Assembly (NCBI RefSeq): GCF_001458695.1
Contig: NZ_LN885086.1
Location: 1,530,001 to 1,562,000 of the forward strand
Length of the DNA stretch: 32,000 nt
Direction of reading: 5' to 3'
DNA from: Candidatus Nitrospira inopinata
GTDB taxonomy: Bacteria; Nitrospirota; Nitrospiria; Nitrospirales; Nitrospiraceae
Part shown: piece after piece, positions 31,690 to 32,000 of the stretch
How the letters are laid out: each line of letters begins with the position of its first letter
How positions within the stretch are numbered: position 1 is the stretch's first letter
Program-made: the position numbers and the translations under genes
The notes under the pieces: generated by a model
Told to the model about the DNA's origin: nothing
Databases searched by the model: none
The model's input: the letters and a program-made list of their open reading frames with translations, nothing else

Positions 31690-32000
31690 ATGACAACCGA
31701 AGGGAACGATCAGGAAATGCTGAGCGATTTCTACCAACTGCTCAAGGAACGGGGGTATCGGTTGTGCGCGCCGGTCTCCGACGGCCGGGCCGCCGATATT
31801 CCGAAAGCGACCACGATCGTGGCGTTCAAGTATCGGGACGGCGTCTTGGTGGCGGGCGACCGCCGCGCGACGGCCGGCAACGTGGTGATGTACGACCGAA
31901 CGGACAAGGTGTTGGAGCTGGACCGGTCCTGTGTCATGGCGATCGCGGGCGTGCCGGCCACCGCCTACGAGATGGCCCGTATTCTGGAACATTCCTTCAA
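31690..32000 (+). CDS. prcB: 20S proteasome beta subunit, 5' part (runs off the right edge)
   Basis: An open frame runs from ATG 31690 to the window end. It is not in the track because it has no stop. A propeptide is followed by the catalytic-Thr context KA/TTIVAFKYRDGVLVAGDRRATAGN, close to Mtb PrcB [21 protein letters not shown]. Confidence 0.9.
   Translation, partial: MTTEGNDQEMLSDFYQLLKERGYRLCAPVSDGRAADIPKATTIVAFKYRDGVLVAGDRRATAGNVVMYDRTDKVLELDRSCVMAIAGVPATAYEMARILEHSF

Noticed and set aside
1-32000. CRISPR arrays, IS elements, integrases, prophage or toxin-antitoxin pairs
   Set aside because: I scanned the ORF track and the spacers and found no repeat-spacer periodicity, no transposase or integrase-like ORFs and no terminal inverted repeats.

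Overview
This is a GC-rich, densely coding chromosomal segment of about 35 genes, mostly on the + strand. Its gene content looks Nitrospirota-like (Nitrospira, Leptospirillum or 'Manganitrophus' type). That assignment comes from gene content only, with no search run.

Layout:
(1) 0.6-12.1 kb holds one co-directional respiratory locus. In order it encodes a lipoprotein cytochrome c, bd-like oxidase 1, an anchored cytochrome c, a Rieske protein with an extra N-terminal domain, cytochrome b, a 6-TM protein, bd-like oxidase 2, two anchored cytochromes c, an NxrC-like EB_dh haem-b protein and a dihaem cytochrome c.
(2) 12.2-15.4 kb holds ubiA (-), a lipoprotein whose caspase-like domain has both catalytic residues replaced, and tRNA-Thr(CGU) with a near-consensus promoter.
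(3) 15.4-18.7 kb is a lower-GC patch. It has a Zn-ribbon mini-protein, three stacked hairpins, and a minus-strand set of a 2-TM protein, a 57-aa TM peptide, an orphan LuxR-type response regulator and a 39-aa TM peptide. A ~0.5 kb non-coding divergent region follows.
(4) 18.7-20.9 kb is a coupled trio: a small polytopic membrane protein, a signal-less BtuF-like binding protein and a PP-loop ATPase.
(5) 21.0-22.5 kb has a consensus promoter, a 2x15-bp repeat, a Cys-rich 34-codon micro-ORF, an outer-membrane barrel candidate and a small lipoprotein.
(6) 22.6-25.4 kb is mgtA.
(7) 25.5-28.0 kb is a translationally coupled HD protein, YjbQ and HtrA.
(8) 28.1-32.0 kb is a proteasome ATPase (ARC/Mpa), Dop, a basic Pup-like tag ending in TGE ('UBact'-like) and a truncated proteasome beta subunit.

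I recognised no rRNA, CRISPR, transposase, integrase or phage genes.

The best candidates for something new are the composite Rieske/cyt b + bd-like + EB_dh locus, the membrane/BtuF-like/PP-loop trio, the promoter-repeat-micro-ORF unit, and the non-actinobacterial Pup-type tagging cluster. All domain calls are by-eye motif recognition and need HMM or BLAST confirmation.
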